Assembly (NCBI RefSeq): GCF_009914755.1
Contig: NC_060926.1
Direction: 5' to 3' (one strand)
Origin: the human T2T-CHM13v2.0 reference genome, Homo sapiens
Length of the DNA: 64,000 nt
Below are positions 32,048-45,029 of the stretch, in pieces. Numbering within the stretch: the stretch's first letter is position 1; every line of letters starts with the position of its first letter. Both the position numbers and the translations under genes were made by a program. The notes below the pieces were generated by a model. That model saw only the letters and a list, made by a program, of their open reading frames with translations. It did not search any database and was not told where the DNA came from.

Positions 32048-33304
32048 TTAATAGGGGGAAATGTCCATGAGCATTCTTTTTTCCCAAGTAATTTTCCCAA
32101 CACTATGTCTGGAGAGAGATGAATCCATTTTTTATAAAATAAAACAAAATAAAAACTATATAGATGTCCTGAGACCCACCCCCACCAAGAGTATGCCTGC
32201 AGAAAAACAGGTAGTCTGACTTGGCTAAGGTCCGAGCTACTTGCCTTGCTGGTTTGGATTGAGTATACACACTGGGTGAGTCTAACGGTGGACGTGGAGG
32301 AGTAGGAGAACCAGAGCCAGTTCAGGTGCAGGGAGGCTGGGAGAAGGCAGGCTTGGAAGAAAGAATGAGGAAGGGAAAAGAAAGGGCAAGAGAGACAGAG
32401 AGAGCAGGTGCTGTGGGGAGAGGAACTACTTCGGGGACATCCTACTGGCTACCCTGAAAATCATGGGAGTATTTTGGTGTGATCACCACTTTCTAAAGCC
32501 AGTTTTTCAGCTTGGAATATTTTTTTTAGCCACTGTGGAAGAAACAAAACTTCTCATCGAATATTAGGTTTATAAACTGTCAGAAGAACTTTATTTTAAA
32601 GCCACTGCAAAAGGAAAATAATTGAGCTGGTGTTTGCTGCCTAAAACACCAGAGGTCACATAGTATGGTCTTAAAGAAGAGAAACTCAGGGAAAGGAGGG
32701 AAAGAAGAAGAAAAATGCTTTGAACTTAATATGTATATATCTTCATGTGACTAATAAGAGGTAATTTTTGAGCCATTACCATCTGCTAAAATTACCTTTC
32801 ATGACTGGCTAAGCCTTTATCACAAGCCTTTCAATTCATGCAGATGTAACAGGTTTACATTTTACATGGATAAGGCCCTGCAGAAAAACAATTTGACAAC
32901 AATGGTGTCCTTATCCCTTCATAATTAATGACAACAGAGAAATCTGTATCTTGATGGATATCAGCACACATGTTTATCCTCATTCGAGACCTTCACCCCA
33001 TTCCAATAGTCAGCTGTCAAAAGCTTTTTGTTTAGTTCATTAGGTTCTCACTTCAGCTTCCTTATAAGCAAAAACAGATGACTTACAACAGAAGATGGAA
33101 TAAGCAAAATATTTTAGATCCGAGTTATTTGTTTCACAGATTTCATTTAATGTAAACTGATTCCCTTCATAAGGGGAGATAAACTCCTGGAGAGTTCTGT
33201 TGTTGTTTCTAATTTAAATATATTTTCTATATTTTCCAAAAGGCGTAAATAAATGTGTTTTAATTTGTAACCACAAAAATAATTTTTAAAAATAGTAGAG
33301 ATCA

Positions 33305-33551
33305 GGCCGGGTGTGGTGGCTCACGCCTGTGATCCCAGCACTTTGAGAGGCCAAGGCAGGCGGATCACTTGAGGTCAGGAGTTCCAGACCAGCCTGGCCA
33401 ACATGGTAAAACCCTATCTCTACTAAAAATACAGAAATTCGCCGGGCACATCTGTAATCCCAGCTACTCAGGAGGCAGGAGAATCGTATGAACCCAGGAA
33501 GCAGAGGTGCAGTGAGTGACAGAGTAAGACTCTGTCTCAAAAATAAATAAA
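33305..33551 (+). mobile_element. AluS with internal deletions
   Basis: Alu with a shortened right arm. Confidence 0.88.
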
Positions 33552-35034
33552 TGATAGAGACCAATCATAAAAAGTAACTGCTTTGTAAAAGCTTTAGTCC
33601 TCACCCTGATTCCCCACTGCTGCTGTGTCCTTCCAAAGAAGAATTAGCGTCTCCTCAAACAGGAAAGCTGATTTTAATGGTGGGCCCAATTGATGACTGA
33701 GTCTGCCTGGCTGGCCTGATGGCAGTCATTGATATCCATGGAAGAAGCCATGTCTTCTCAGGAGTTTCCACCATTTGTGAAGAAAGTACCTCAGTCAGAG
33801 CTTCAGGTGCCTCTAGTAGCCTCTAGCTGCCTTAGTACTTGTGAGGCCACAGCCCTGCTCATTTAGCCACCATGCCTCTGTTTCCCACAGAAGACAAAAT
33901 ATAAAGCATCCAAAAAGTGTATGTCTCAGTCAGGGTCCAGACAGAGATCAACGGGAGATTTAACACAGAGAACCAGCTACCAGGGTGTTGGAAGAGCTGA
34001 GATGCAGAGCAGGGGTCAATGATGTGACCCAGGCATCAGCAACAATTGGAAGTTGTCACCTGCTCTAGGCTGATGGGACAAACTTATTACCCGTGCCCAG
34101 AAGCCAGGGCTCCCTGGTGAGAACTGGCTGCACCGGCAGAGGAGCTGTCTCACGGGAGGTGGATGTGAAGGAGGCACAGTCCCTGTTGGAGAGGCCACTG
34201 GAAGCAGAGAAATGGGGAGAGGAAGGAATACCCAGGCTTCTTCGTTCCCCGCTCCATCCTCTCACAGTGCCTCCCATTAGCGGAAGTTCTCCAGAAGCCA
34301 CTTGGCAAAGGAGCCTGAGAAAGAAAGGAGGAAGCACTGAGGCAACATGAGCTGACAGTTTCACTCTGTCCTTTCTTCTGTATTCCGAGTGTAGCCCACT
34401 CACTGTTGTCTCCCACTTGAGTCGTGCAGCATCCATCTGACTCGTCACCCCGCCTCCAAGACAGTCTCCACACCACCGCTAAACCTCCTCAGGGGCCTCT
34501 CGGGATCTTCAGGTGCAAAGCTACTGCACGGTCCTTCTGAGCTGACCCTGCCCCGCTCTACCATACCTCTTCCAATGGCCGCCTCACATCCTATGCTCCT
34601 GCCAGACTAAACCTTCTTATTGTTTATTCTTTCTTTATGAAAACATTCAAAAGAGCAAAAAGGCCCAGAGAGTAATACGAGGAACATCCATGTATCTACC
34701 ATCAAGTCTAAACATGTAAAACTTTATAAAGCCTCTTGTGTAACCTTTCTGTGATTACACTTCCCTCTTTGATCCACTGCCAATGAAAACCATCATCCTG
34801 AATTTTATGTTTATCATTTTCAGGTATGTCTTCATGCTTTGATAAAATACATAAATATCCCTGAGTGATCAATGATATTGCAGGTTTTCAGGCATTATAT
34901 ATAAAGTATCATAGTGTGTGTACCCTTTAGCAACTTTTCCACTCAACATTACATTTAGGAGCTATATACCTGTGTATACATGGAGCCCTACATAGTTCAC
35001 TTCTAACTGTTCCTTACCATAGAACTGTACTTAC

Positions 35035-35328
35035 ACTAGGTGGAATAAATTGCCTTATGAGTGTCGGACTATAAAATCAGTACACTATGGGTTAAAGCAG
35101 ATATACATGAAGCCATCCTCAAAAGAGTCAGAATAGGTCTTAATATGATTAAACATACAAACATACCACACTGAGCGATATATCACTCAGAAAATGGTTG
35201 ATCAGCAATGGAAGCATGGAAAACAGAGAGTAAGAGGAATAATCTTCAGAAGGTAGCTTAGTGTGTGGGAAGAGTCAGTTGAAGTGTCGTCAAGCTATAA
35301 AAGTTTGATGCTTCCTTCTCCACTGTAA

Positions 35329-35361
<33 letters not shown>

Positions 35362-35633
35362 GACCAGTTTAATCACATGGTTGAGAGCCACATTTTTCTC
35401 TTCCTTGGACAAGGTCATGCTGTGTTTGCTTCTCTTACTCTCTGTTTTTCATGCTTCCATTGTTGACGAACCCTTTTCTGAGTGACATATCGCTCAGTGT
35501 GATACGTTTGTGTCTTTAATCATATTAAGATCTATTCCAACTCTTTTGAGGATGGCTTCATGAATTTCTGCTTTAATCCATAGTGTACTGACTTTATAGT
35601 CTGACAGTCACAAGGCAATTTATTCCACCTAGT
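35035..35633. repeat. Long inverted repeat: 202-bp arms (35035-35236, 35432-35633) and a 195-bp spacer containing (TAA)n
   Basis: Manual alignment gives 20 mismatches, no indels (~90% identity). Confidence 0.93.
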
Positions 35634-36032
35634 TTTAAGAACTTCAAGTGTAGATCATCCAAAATATTCACATCCTTTGATCTTGTAATTTCCATTTTAG
35701 GTAGTGGCGGCACACATCCTCAAACGTGCACTGGTGTAAATGTTGCAATGCTATTTATTATATCTAAAATTGACACGTAAATATGCCTCAATAGGAGACT
35801 AGTTACATTAATTAGGTATTTCCATTCAATTAAATACAATACAGCCACTAAAGAGGCTTCAATCGGTTTTCATTTATAGTACTTACATGGAAAAAGATAC
35901 CTAACATCTGTCCAATAGAAAAAAAGCAAGTCATGAAGTAATATTAATAGTATTACTTACTTTTAATGTTAAAAATGTTTATATATGTTTATATAGGCAA
36001 AAAAAGTCTATAAATACACACGCACACACAAG

Positions 36033-36192
36033 TAGCTGGGCTCAGTAGCGTGCATCTGTAATCCCAGCTACTTGGCAGGCTAAGTAGGAGTATCCCTTGA
36101 GCCCAGGAGTTTGAGGCTGCAGTGAGCTGGGATTGGCCACTGCACTCTAGCCTGGACAGCATAGGGAGACACCCATTTCATACCTTAAAAAA
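36033..36192 (+). mobile_element. FLAM/Alu monomer
   Basis: Single Alu arm. Confidence 0.8.
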
Positions 36193-37337
36193 ATACACCA
36201 CAGGAATTTTTATGTTATCAAGATGCTAACATTGGTAATGGCTGAGAAGGTGGAATTGTGTATTTGGGGTAGGAGACATTTTTCCCTTTTTTGTATTGTT
36301 TTATATTATAATCTATTATCTGAGAAAATACATTTCTTGGCTTTTTGCATTTTTATAATTTAATTTCTATTTTTAATTATGTAATATAAAACTAAAAAAT
36401 ACAAATAGATTTTTGTGGGGATAAAAATATGTCAGATTCAGAATTTTAAAACATGCCTTTGCTATTTATATGAACCTCATGATAAAAAGTAAGGAGAAGG
36501 CTCACCAGCCAGGAGCTGAGAACCGCCACCTCGAGTTCCTTAGTGCATGGATTTAATCAGTTCTCTTTTATACCTTAGTACAACCCAAAATTCAGCCTTG
36601 CCTCAGCCCACTCCAGGAACTCCTTTGGGAGCTACAGGGGAGGAAGGGCCTTGTGTCACCTGGAACACTGATCCAAACAAAGCACTCGCGGGGAAAATAG
36701 AGGCTATCCATCTTTGGCAAACACCCAACCTGGAGGACAGAGTTGGGTGGGATCACAGATCTCTCTTCCACCCATACTCAGCAGGATGGAGGGCATGGAG
36801 CCCGATTCTCGTCCATTAATCAACTTTAACCCTTCCCTTTATCTCTATTCCCAGAGATAAGACCAGTTTCCTAACCCTTAAGTCCCTTGCCAGAGATCTC
36901 TGTTATCCTGAAGTTTAGTATATGATATTTCCCATGCACGCTTTTATGCTGTAAAATAGCATACATAGTGTTTTATGTTTAAATTTAAATCAAGACTTTG
37001 ATGTTATGTGTATCTTTTAGGAACTTGCTTTCTTTTTCAATCAACATTTTTGAAACTTATCTATGTCTATTCATGCAGATCTATTTCATTTATGTTAAGT
37101 GTGAGTTACCACATTTTATTTACCCATCTCCCTACAGGTGAACAGCTGGATTATTTCCACTATGTTGCTGTTAAAAACAGAGCTATAATGAATATTCTTG
37201 TATTTGCTCTGTGTGCACAGGTGCTGAAATTGTTTAAGGTGGTTATTGTCATAGATATTTTCAGAACTTCCTTATAATGCATAATGAACTCTGAAAAATT
37301 TAAATGAATGGCTCCATTGTTCTATGCATATATGTAA

Positions 37338-37647
37338 TTTTTTCTTTTTTTGTTACTGTTTGTTTGTTTTTAAGACAGGGTCTCACTCTGTCACCCAGGC
37401 TGAAGTATAGTGGTGTGGTGCAATCTTGGCTCACTGCAACCTCCACCTCCCAGATTCAAGTGATCTCCTGCTTGAGCCTCCCGAGTAGCGGGATTACAAG
37501 TGTGCGCCACAATGCCTAGCTAATTTTTGTAAAGATGGGGTCTTGCCATATTGGCCAGGCTGGTCTTGAACTCCTGGCTTTAAGTAATCCGCCCGCCTCA
37601 GCCTCCCAAACTGCTGGAATTACAGGCATGAGCCACCACACCTGGCC
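37338..37647 (-). mobile_element. Alu (J/S)
   Basis: Dimeric Alu consensus. Confidence 0.9.
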
Positions 37648-37939
37648 CACATATGTAATCTTAAATGTCTCTGGATTTGTATGGTTTGATCCCTTAGTGC
37701 ATGTTAACACCTTATACTAAGATGAAAGAGATGGCAAAGTCAGCAGTAATGATCCTTACACCTTAAAAAGAGAAGTAGGATGTTATGATACTATCTGACC
37801 CTTGTTTGTCTTTTTATGTGTGTGTCCTAGCTCCCCAGCTAGACCCAGAGCTTCTTGTCAGGAATGATTATGTGTTAGACTTCTTAGAATTCTCAGTACG
37901 TAGGAGAGTGCCCTTTACTTGATGTAACCTCTTGCTCTT

Positions 37940-38083
37940 AAGGGTGTGCCCTCAAACCAGCACCATTGCCAATACCTGGGTGCTTGTTAGAAATGCAGAA
38001 TCTTAGGTCCCACCCGAGACCAACTGAATCAGGCTCTGCATTTTAACAAGATCCCCAAGTGACATTAAAGTCTGAGCAGCACT
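37940..38083. mobile_element. MER5A
   Basis: CTTGTTAGAAATGCAGAATCTTAGGTCCCACCC...CTGCATTTTAACAAGATCCCC. Confidence 0.75.
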
Positions 38084-38267
38084 GTTGTAAACTCATTGTT
38101 TCCAGGACCTTACCAACATATGTGTTTAATTTTGATCAGGTTAACATCAATATCCCATATTCCTGGATCCCACCTTTATTTACGCTCAAGGACCTTAACT
38201 GATATGGTGCCATATGATGAGTGTTTCCTGCTCCAGTATGCCCTGGAGTAAGAAAAAGGGCATTCTC

Positions 38268-38518
38268 GGATCATGAGGTTAGGAGATCGAGACCATCCTG
38301 GCTAACACGGTGAAACCCCGTCTCTACTAAAAACACAAAAGATTAGCCAGGCGTGGTGGTGGGCACCTGTAGTCCCAGCTACTCGGGAGGCTGCGGCAGG
38401 AGAATGGCGTGAACCCGGGAGGCGGAGCTAGCAGTGAGCGGAGATCACACCACTGCACTCCAGCCTGGGCGACAGAGCGAGACTCCGTCTCAAAAAAAAA
38501 AAAAAAAAAAAAAAGAAA
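38268..38518 (+). mobile_element. 5'-truncated AluY
   Basis: Starts at GGATCATGAGG and has AluY diagnostics. Perfect 18-bp TSD AAGAAAAAGGGCATTCTC (38250-38267, 38519-38536). Confidence 0.93.
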
Positions 38519-40143
38519 AAGAAAAAGGGCATTCTCAGGCCAGCAAGTCAAAACATCTTCCCAAAGGTGACGTCTGAGCAAGTCTTCTAGGACTTGTAGT
38601 CATTAACTAGGTAGAAGGGTGTTCTAGACAGAGGGGATCAAGTGGGAAATGAATGCATGCTTGAGAAATGTTTAGGGAGCTTCAAGTAATTGAGTGCATA
38701 TGAAGAAGTAGCACAATAGGAAACTGATGGCAAATTATGAAAGATCTTGTTTACTAAGTGAAAGAGTTCTGTTTTTATTATGTAGGCAGGCTGGGCAAAA
38801 CTAGTGAAATATTTTTGGTAATAAATGGCAAAATTAGATTTGTAATATAGATAGGTCACTCTGGAAGCTGTTTTGAGGTTGAATTTGGGGGAGGATGCAC
38901 TGGCAAAAATGAACGAACCTGACAGATGGCAAGGTGGCCAGCATGTCTGGAAGTGATCCACAGACCAAGTTCAACAAAGGGAGGCTTGAGACACCCTACC
39001 AGAGAGGGGCTGCCCTATATGGCTGAAAGATTTGGAATCTGTGTGGCTAATCTAGATTGCTGATCTGTGATGGAGCTGGCAAGAGTGAGCTGCAGGAGCA
39101 CCTCTCTAGGTTGAATGTTACCAAAAATGGATAACATGAATTCTCTCAGCAGGTGCGTTGGTAAGATCAGCACTCAAATTGTTCAGGATGTACACATAGA
39201 CTTTAAGGCAACACAGACTTAAAACTACTGATGTTTTTGAGACATATGTGCTCATTCAACAAACATTTGAGCATCATATGTGTATAATGCTGATGGAAGG
39301 ATAAAAGTATTATAGTAAGGTCACAAAAGCTTAAGAACCATCAACCCCAATTCCTTAATATATGGATTTTAACAGGTTCCCTTTTGCACCCAAGTACAAC
39401 CCAAGATTCAACTCTGCCTCATCCCACTCTAGGAACTGCTTTGTGAACCACAGTGAGGAGGGGCCTTGCAACACCTGAAACACTGATTCACTTGAACCTG
39501 TGCTCAGGAGTTACAAGAGGGACACAGTATTCAGAGGTGTGCCATCATCTCTTGGCATGACTTATCTATCTCCAACCATGCAGCTGATGTAGCCAAAGGA
39601 GAATGGGCCTCTTACCCAGTAGAGATACAGCACATGCAATTACCACCACCACAGCAGCAAAAGCTAACATTTGCTGGTATTTATTATGTCTCACGCCTTG
39701 TGTTCAACACTTTATTTACATCATCTCACCTAGACCTCATATAAATCCATAAGGTAGAGACAATTATTTTTCAATAATTGTTTTAATGAAGTATAGGACA
39801 TACAGAAAAGTGCCTAAAGCACATGCAAAATCTTTGCCTGTATCTGATACTAGGCTGCAAACTCATGGAGGACAGAGGATATCTTTTTCATCTTTATGCC
39901 CCCACAGCATCTGGGATCAAGCCTTAACCTACTCATTAATGCTTATTAAGTGGTTAAATAATACATTAATAGCCAAAAGAAAATAAATGCCCCCTTGTCT
40001 TAATAGTTTTCAACTTTTGGTACATGTCACCATCACCCATGGAACTCTAAATGTCATAACTGCCAATACCCCATGCCTGGAGACCTGATGCAATGAATGG
40101 AGCCTGATTTAGTAGCTGGATTTTTGATTAGACAAATATTTTC

Positions 40144-42687
40144 TTTTTTTTTTTTTTTTTTAAATTTATTTTTTTATTGATAATTCTTGGGTGTTTCTCA
40201 CAGAGGGGGATTTGGCAGGGTCATGGGACAATAGTGGAGGGAAGGTCAGCAGATAAACAAGTGAACAAAGGTCTCTGGTTTTCCTAGGCAGAGGACCCTG
40301 CGGCCTTCCGCAGTGTTTGTGTCCCTGATTACTTGAGATTAGGGATTGGTGATGACTCTTAACGAGCATGCTGCCTTCAAGCATCTGTTTAACAAAGCAC
40401 ATCTTGCACCGCCCTTAATCCATTTAACCCTGAGTGGACACAGCACATGTTTCAGAGAGCACAGGGTTGGGGGTAAGGTCACAGATCAACAGGATCCCAA
40501 GACAGAGGAATTTTTCTTAGTGCAGAACAAAATGAAAAGTCTCCCATGTCTACTTCTTTCTACACAGACACGGCAACCATCCGATTTCTCAATCTTTTCC
40601 CCGCCTTTCCCGCCTTTCTATTCCACAAAGCCGCCATTGTCATCCTGGCCCGTTCTCAATGAGCTGTTGGGCACACCTCCCAGACGGGGTGGTGGCTGGG
40701 CAGAGGCGCCCCTCACCTCCCGGACGGGGCGGCTGGCTGGGCGGTGGGGGCTGGCCCCCCCCCACCTCCCTCCCGGACGGGGCAGCTGGCCGGGCGGGGG
40801 GCTGACACCCCCACCTCCCTCCCGGACGGGGCGGCTGGCCGGGCAGAGGGGCTCCTCACTTCCCAGTAGGGGCGGCCGGGCAGAGGCGCCCCTCACCTCC
40901 CGGACGGGGCGGCTGGCCGGGCGGGGGGGCTGACCCCCCCACCTCCCTCCCGGACGGGGCGGCTGGCCGGGCAGAGGGGCTCCTCACTTCCCAGTAGGGG
41001 CGGCCGGGCAGAGGCGCCCCTCACCTCCCGGACGGGGCCACTGGCCGGGCAGGGGGGCTGACCCCCCCCACCTCCCTCCCGGACGGGGCGGCTGGCCGGG
41101 TGGGGGGCTGACCCCCCCACCTCCCTCCCGGACGAGGCGGCTGGCCGGGCGTGGGGCTGACACCCCCACCTCCCTCCTGGACAGGGCGGCTGGCCGGGCG
41201 GGGGGCTGACCCCCCCACCTCCCTCCCGGATGGGGCGGCTGGCCGGGCGGGGGGCCGACCCCCCCACCTCCCTCCCGGACGGGGCGGCTGGCCGGGCAGA
41301 GGGGCTCCTCACTTCCCAGTAGGGGCGGCCGGGCAGAGGCGCCCCTCAACTCCCAGACGGGGCGGCTGGCCGGGCGGAGGGCTGACCCCCCCACCTCCCT
41401 CCCGGACAGGGCGGCTGGCCGGGCGGGGGGCTGACCCCCCCACCTCCCTCCCGGACAGGGCGGCTGGCCGGGCGGGGGGCTGACCCCCCCACCTCCCTCC
41501 CGGACGGGGCGGCTGGCCGGGTGGGGGGGCTGACCCCCCCATCTCCCTCCCGGACGGGGTGGCTGGCCGGGCTGAGGGGCTCCTCACTTCCCAGTAGGGG
41601 CGGCCGGGCAGAGGCGCCCCTCACCTCCCGGACGGGGCGGCTGGCCGGGCGGGGGGCTGACCCCCCCACCTCCCTCCTGGACGGCACGGCTGTCCGGGCG
41701 GGGGGGCTGACCCCCCACCTCCCTCCCGGATGGGGCGGCTGGCCGGGCGGGGGGCTGACCCCCCCCACCTCCCTCCCGGACGGGGTGGCTGCCGGGCGGA
41801 GATGCTCCTCACTTCCCAGATGGGGTGGCTGCCGGGCGGAGAGGCTCCTCACTTCTCAGACGGGGCAGCTGCCGGGCGGAGGGGCTCCTCACTTCTCAGA
41901 CGGGGTGGTTGCCAGGCAGAGGGTCTCCTCACTTCTCAGACGGGGCGGCCGGGCAGAGACGCTCCTCACCTCCCAGACGGGGTCTCGGCCGGGCAGAGGC
42001 GCTCCTCACATCCCAGATGGGGCGGCGGGGCAGAGGCGCTCCCCACATCTCAGACGATGGGCGGCCGGGCAGAGAGGCTCTTCACTTCCTAGATGTGATG
42101 GCGGCTGGGAAGAGGCGCTCCTCACTTCCTAGATGGGATGGCGGCCGGGCAGAGACGCTCCTCACTTTCCAGACTGGGCAGCCAGGCAGAGGGGCTCCTC
42201 ACATCCCAGACGATGGGCGGCCAGGCAGAGACACTCCTCACTTCCCAGACGGGGTGGCGGCCGGGCAGAGGCTGCAATCTCGGCACTTTGGGAGGCCAAG
42301 GCAGGCGGCTGGGAGGTGTAGGTTGTAGTGAGCCGAGATCACGCCACTGCACTCCAGCCTGGGCACCATTGAGCACTGAGTGAACGAGACTCCGTCTGCA
42401 ATCCCGGCACCTCGGGAGGCCGAGGTTGGCGGATCACTCGCGGTTAGGGGCTGGAGACCGGCCCGGCCAACACAGCGAAACCCCGTCTCCACCAAAACCA
42501 GTCAGGCGTGGCGGCGCGTGCCTGCAATCGCAGGCATTCGGCAGACTGAGGCAGGAGAATCAGGCAGGGAGGTTGCAGTGAGCCGAGATGGCAGCAGTAC
42601 AGTCCAGCTTCGGCTCCGCATGAGAGGGAGACCGTGGGGAGAGGGAGAGGGAGAGGGAGAGGGAGAGGGAGAGGGAGAGGGAGAGGG
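40144..42687 (-). mobile_element. Full-length SVA retrotransposon, probably SVA_F-like
   Basis: On the - strand: ~9 (CCCTCT) hexamers (42637-42690), Alu-like domain (~42270-42630), GC-rich VNTR (~40675-42270), SINE-R (~40165-40670) and poly(A). Perfect 14-bp TSD AGACAAATATTTTC at 40130-40143 and 42688-42701. Subfamily assigned from recalled diagnostic bases. Confidence 0.96.
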
Positions 42688-43524
42688 AGACAAATATTTT
42701 CATTCACCTTTAACTCCATGCTCTTCTCAAATGAGAGCATGACTTCACTAAATGAAATGACTTCACTAAATCACAGGGCTAAAAGCATGATGATGTGTAT
42801 CTATCATGTCTTTACTTCTAAAGTGATTTTTCTTACACAACTCTTCTTCCAAATAGTTAAAGTACTCTAGGGAATATCATTTAAATGGATTTTTAAAACC
42901 CACTCTTTCAACATTTTTACATCAGAAAGGGTAAAAGTATTCATTGGCATTACAATGAAAAATGTTCTGGCAGTGCATTAAAGGGGAACCATTACTAGGT
43001 TGAGAAGAAATTCATTAAGATTATGGATATCAGTAATATCCAGAGAATTTAGAGTGGTGTTTTACAAATGTAATATTCTGTAATTTGCTCTATTTTTATT
43101 GTTAGTAGAACCTTATCAATGTTCTATTATGACAAGAATCTAAATTGTAAAGAAACTTTGAAATGATGTATATTTATGTTGCTGTTAGGAACATACTAAA
43201 TTTCATACCATCAATTTCATTTATTCAATTATGCATTCACCTGATAAATGTTAGATGAGCACTACCCTAGGCACTAGAAATAGAAGTTAAAATACAGTTC
43301 CTTCCTTTAAAGTCATCAATTTCGTGGAGCAGGCAGTTTAGGAAATTAGAAATTCCAATGGATATGATAAACACAATATTATAGACACACACAAGGCACT
43401 GCAGAGGCTAGAAGAGGAGCAACAAATTTGGGGATGGAGAGTGGAGATAGGATGTCAGTGAAGGCTTCCAGGAGGAGTAACTCTTGAGCTTTGAATTTTA
43501 TCTTAAGGAAAAAACAGGAGGCAG

Positions 43525-44490
43525 CTGTATCCATCAGAGTTCTTAGTCACCAGCAACAGAAATCAGCATTGGCTGATTAAGCAGAAAAGAAACTTATTAA
43601 AATGTTGTTAGGTAGCTCACAGAATTTCCTGGATTACTCAAGAACCGGACTCAGAGTCCACATAGCCAGAAATATCTCTCAAAATCATGCCAGAAAACTG
43701 GTCTAGTGAGGATACTGCTGAAGCTGACATTGCCAGTACCACTACCCATAGACATTAAGCAGCAACTAGCACCTGGTGTCCCAGAAGTTTAGTCTTGCTG
43801 CAGCTGCTAACATCACCATCAGAGAAAAATTATCTGTAGTTCTTGCTTCTAAGTGCCACTGGCTCCCAAAACAAAGTCTGGGACAGAGACATCTGATCAG
43901 GCCAGCCTAGGTCACAGGACTGCACCCAGCTGCAAAGGAAGCTAGGAAAATAGGTATCCCTGTTTTCAATATCAATTACTGCACAACAAACCACCTTAGT
44001 GGTTTAAAACATCAATAACCATAATTATACCCCAATATTCTGTAGGTTGACTTGGCTCAACTGGACAGTTCTTCTGCTCCAAGTGGTATCTGCTGGGTCA
44101 TCAATCATCTGAAGGCTTTTCTGCCTGGGATGTTCAAGACAGTTTGCTCACATAGCTGGCTGTCGTCTGTGAGCTCAGTCAGAGCAGGTCAGTTCTCCCA
44201 TGGGGCCTCTTCATATAGATTGGGCTTCCACAGCATGGTGCCCTGAAGATAGTTGTACATTTTACAAAATATCTCCCTTCCAAGAGGAAGCATCCCAAGC
44301 AACAAGATGAGAAGCTTCAGATCTCTTAATGCTCAGCCTGGGAAGTTACAGAGCATCACTTCTACCCATTCTAGTGGTCAAACCAAGTCACAGGCTAGCA
44401 CACACTCAAGAAGAAAGACAAGCTCCATTTCACAATGCAAGGAATGGCAAAAAAAAAAAAAAAAAAAAAGCAGCTATCTTTAATTCCCTA
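43525..44490. mobile_element. Adjacent or nested old MaLR/ERVL LTR fragments
   Basis: MLT1-type motifs, e.g. ACAACAAACCACCTTAGTGGTTTAAAACA and CATCACTTCTACCCATTCTAGTGGTCAA. Confidence 0.45.
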
Positions 44491-45029
44491 CACTGGCATT
44501 TTCAGCTTTTATACTCAGATGAAGTCTTTCCCTCCTACCTAGACTCATAAGTTGGAGATTTACTGAAATCTAGGAAATGAGTTTAGATGCTGAGCCATTA
44601 ATGACAACAACAAAAAGACAATTGTCCACTGTTAGAAGGAAGAAGAGCGTTCAAAGCAGAGGGAACAGTATTGGAAAGTCATAGAGAGGACTTTAGCTGG
44701 CACTGCCACTTGAATAGCACGCTACTCATGATGATATAATTCCTGCCATTCTCTTGCTAACACTGCGTTAGAACTGCTCCTTGCTGAGCAGAGTTGTAAT
44801 TCTACTGTATTTGTGCACATTAGAGGGTTTAAACTAATTACAATTGATTCAGAAGTTGCAGTACTTGCTGGTTTTCTCCTTTCTACATCTTTAAAATCCT
44901 TTTCAAGATCATTGTTAACAAGATCTGTTCCAGGATCAGAAATGTGTATTTGACAATGATAGCCTAGGGAATGCAGTAATTTGGAAATAAATAAATCCAG
45001 ATCTCATCTGCATACTAAGGTGTTTTAAA

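Noticed and set aside
35038-35174. Short open frames within the fold-back arms as a transposase or pseudogene remnant
   Set aside because: Frames are only ~30 codons, end in stops, and show no recognisable motif.
40675-42270. Repeat array superficially like a CRISPR or a novel tandem system
   Set aside because: No unique spacers. It is the standard SVA VNTR in eukaryotic DNA.
40346-42742. Many overlapping 100-200 aa ORFs
   Set aside because: They arise from the stop-poor GC-rich SVA VNTR and Alu-like domain. SVA is non-coding.
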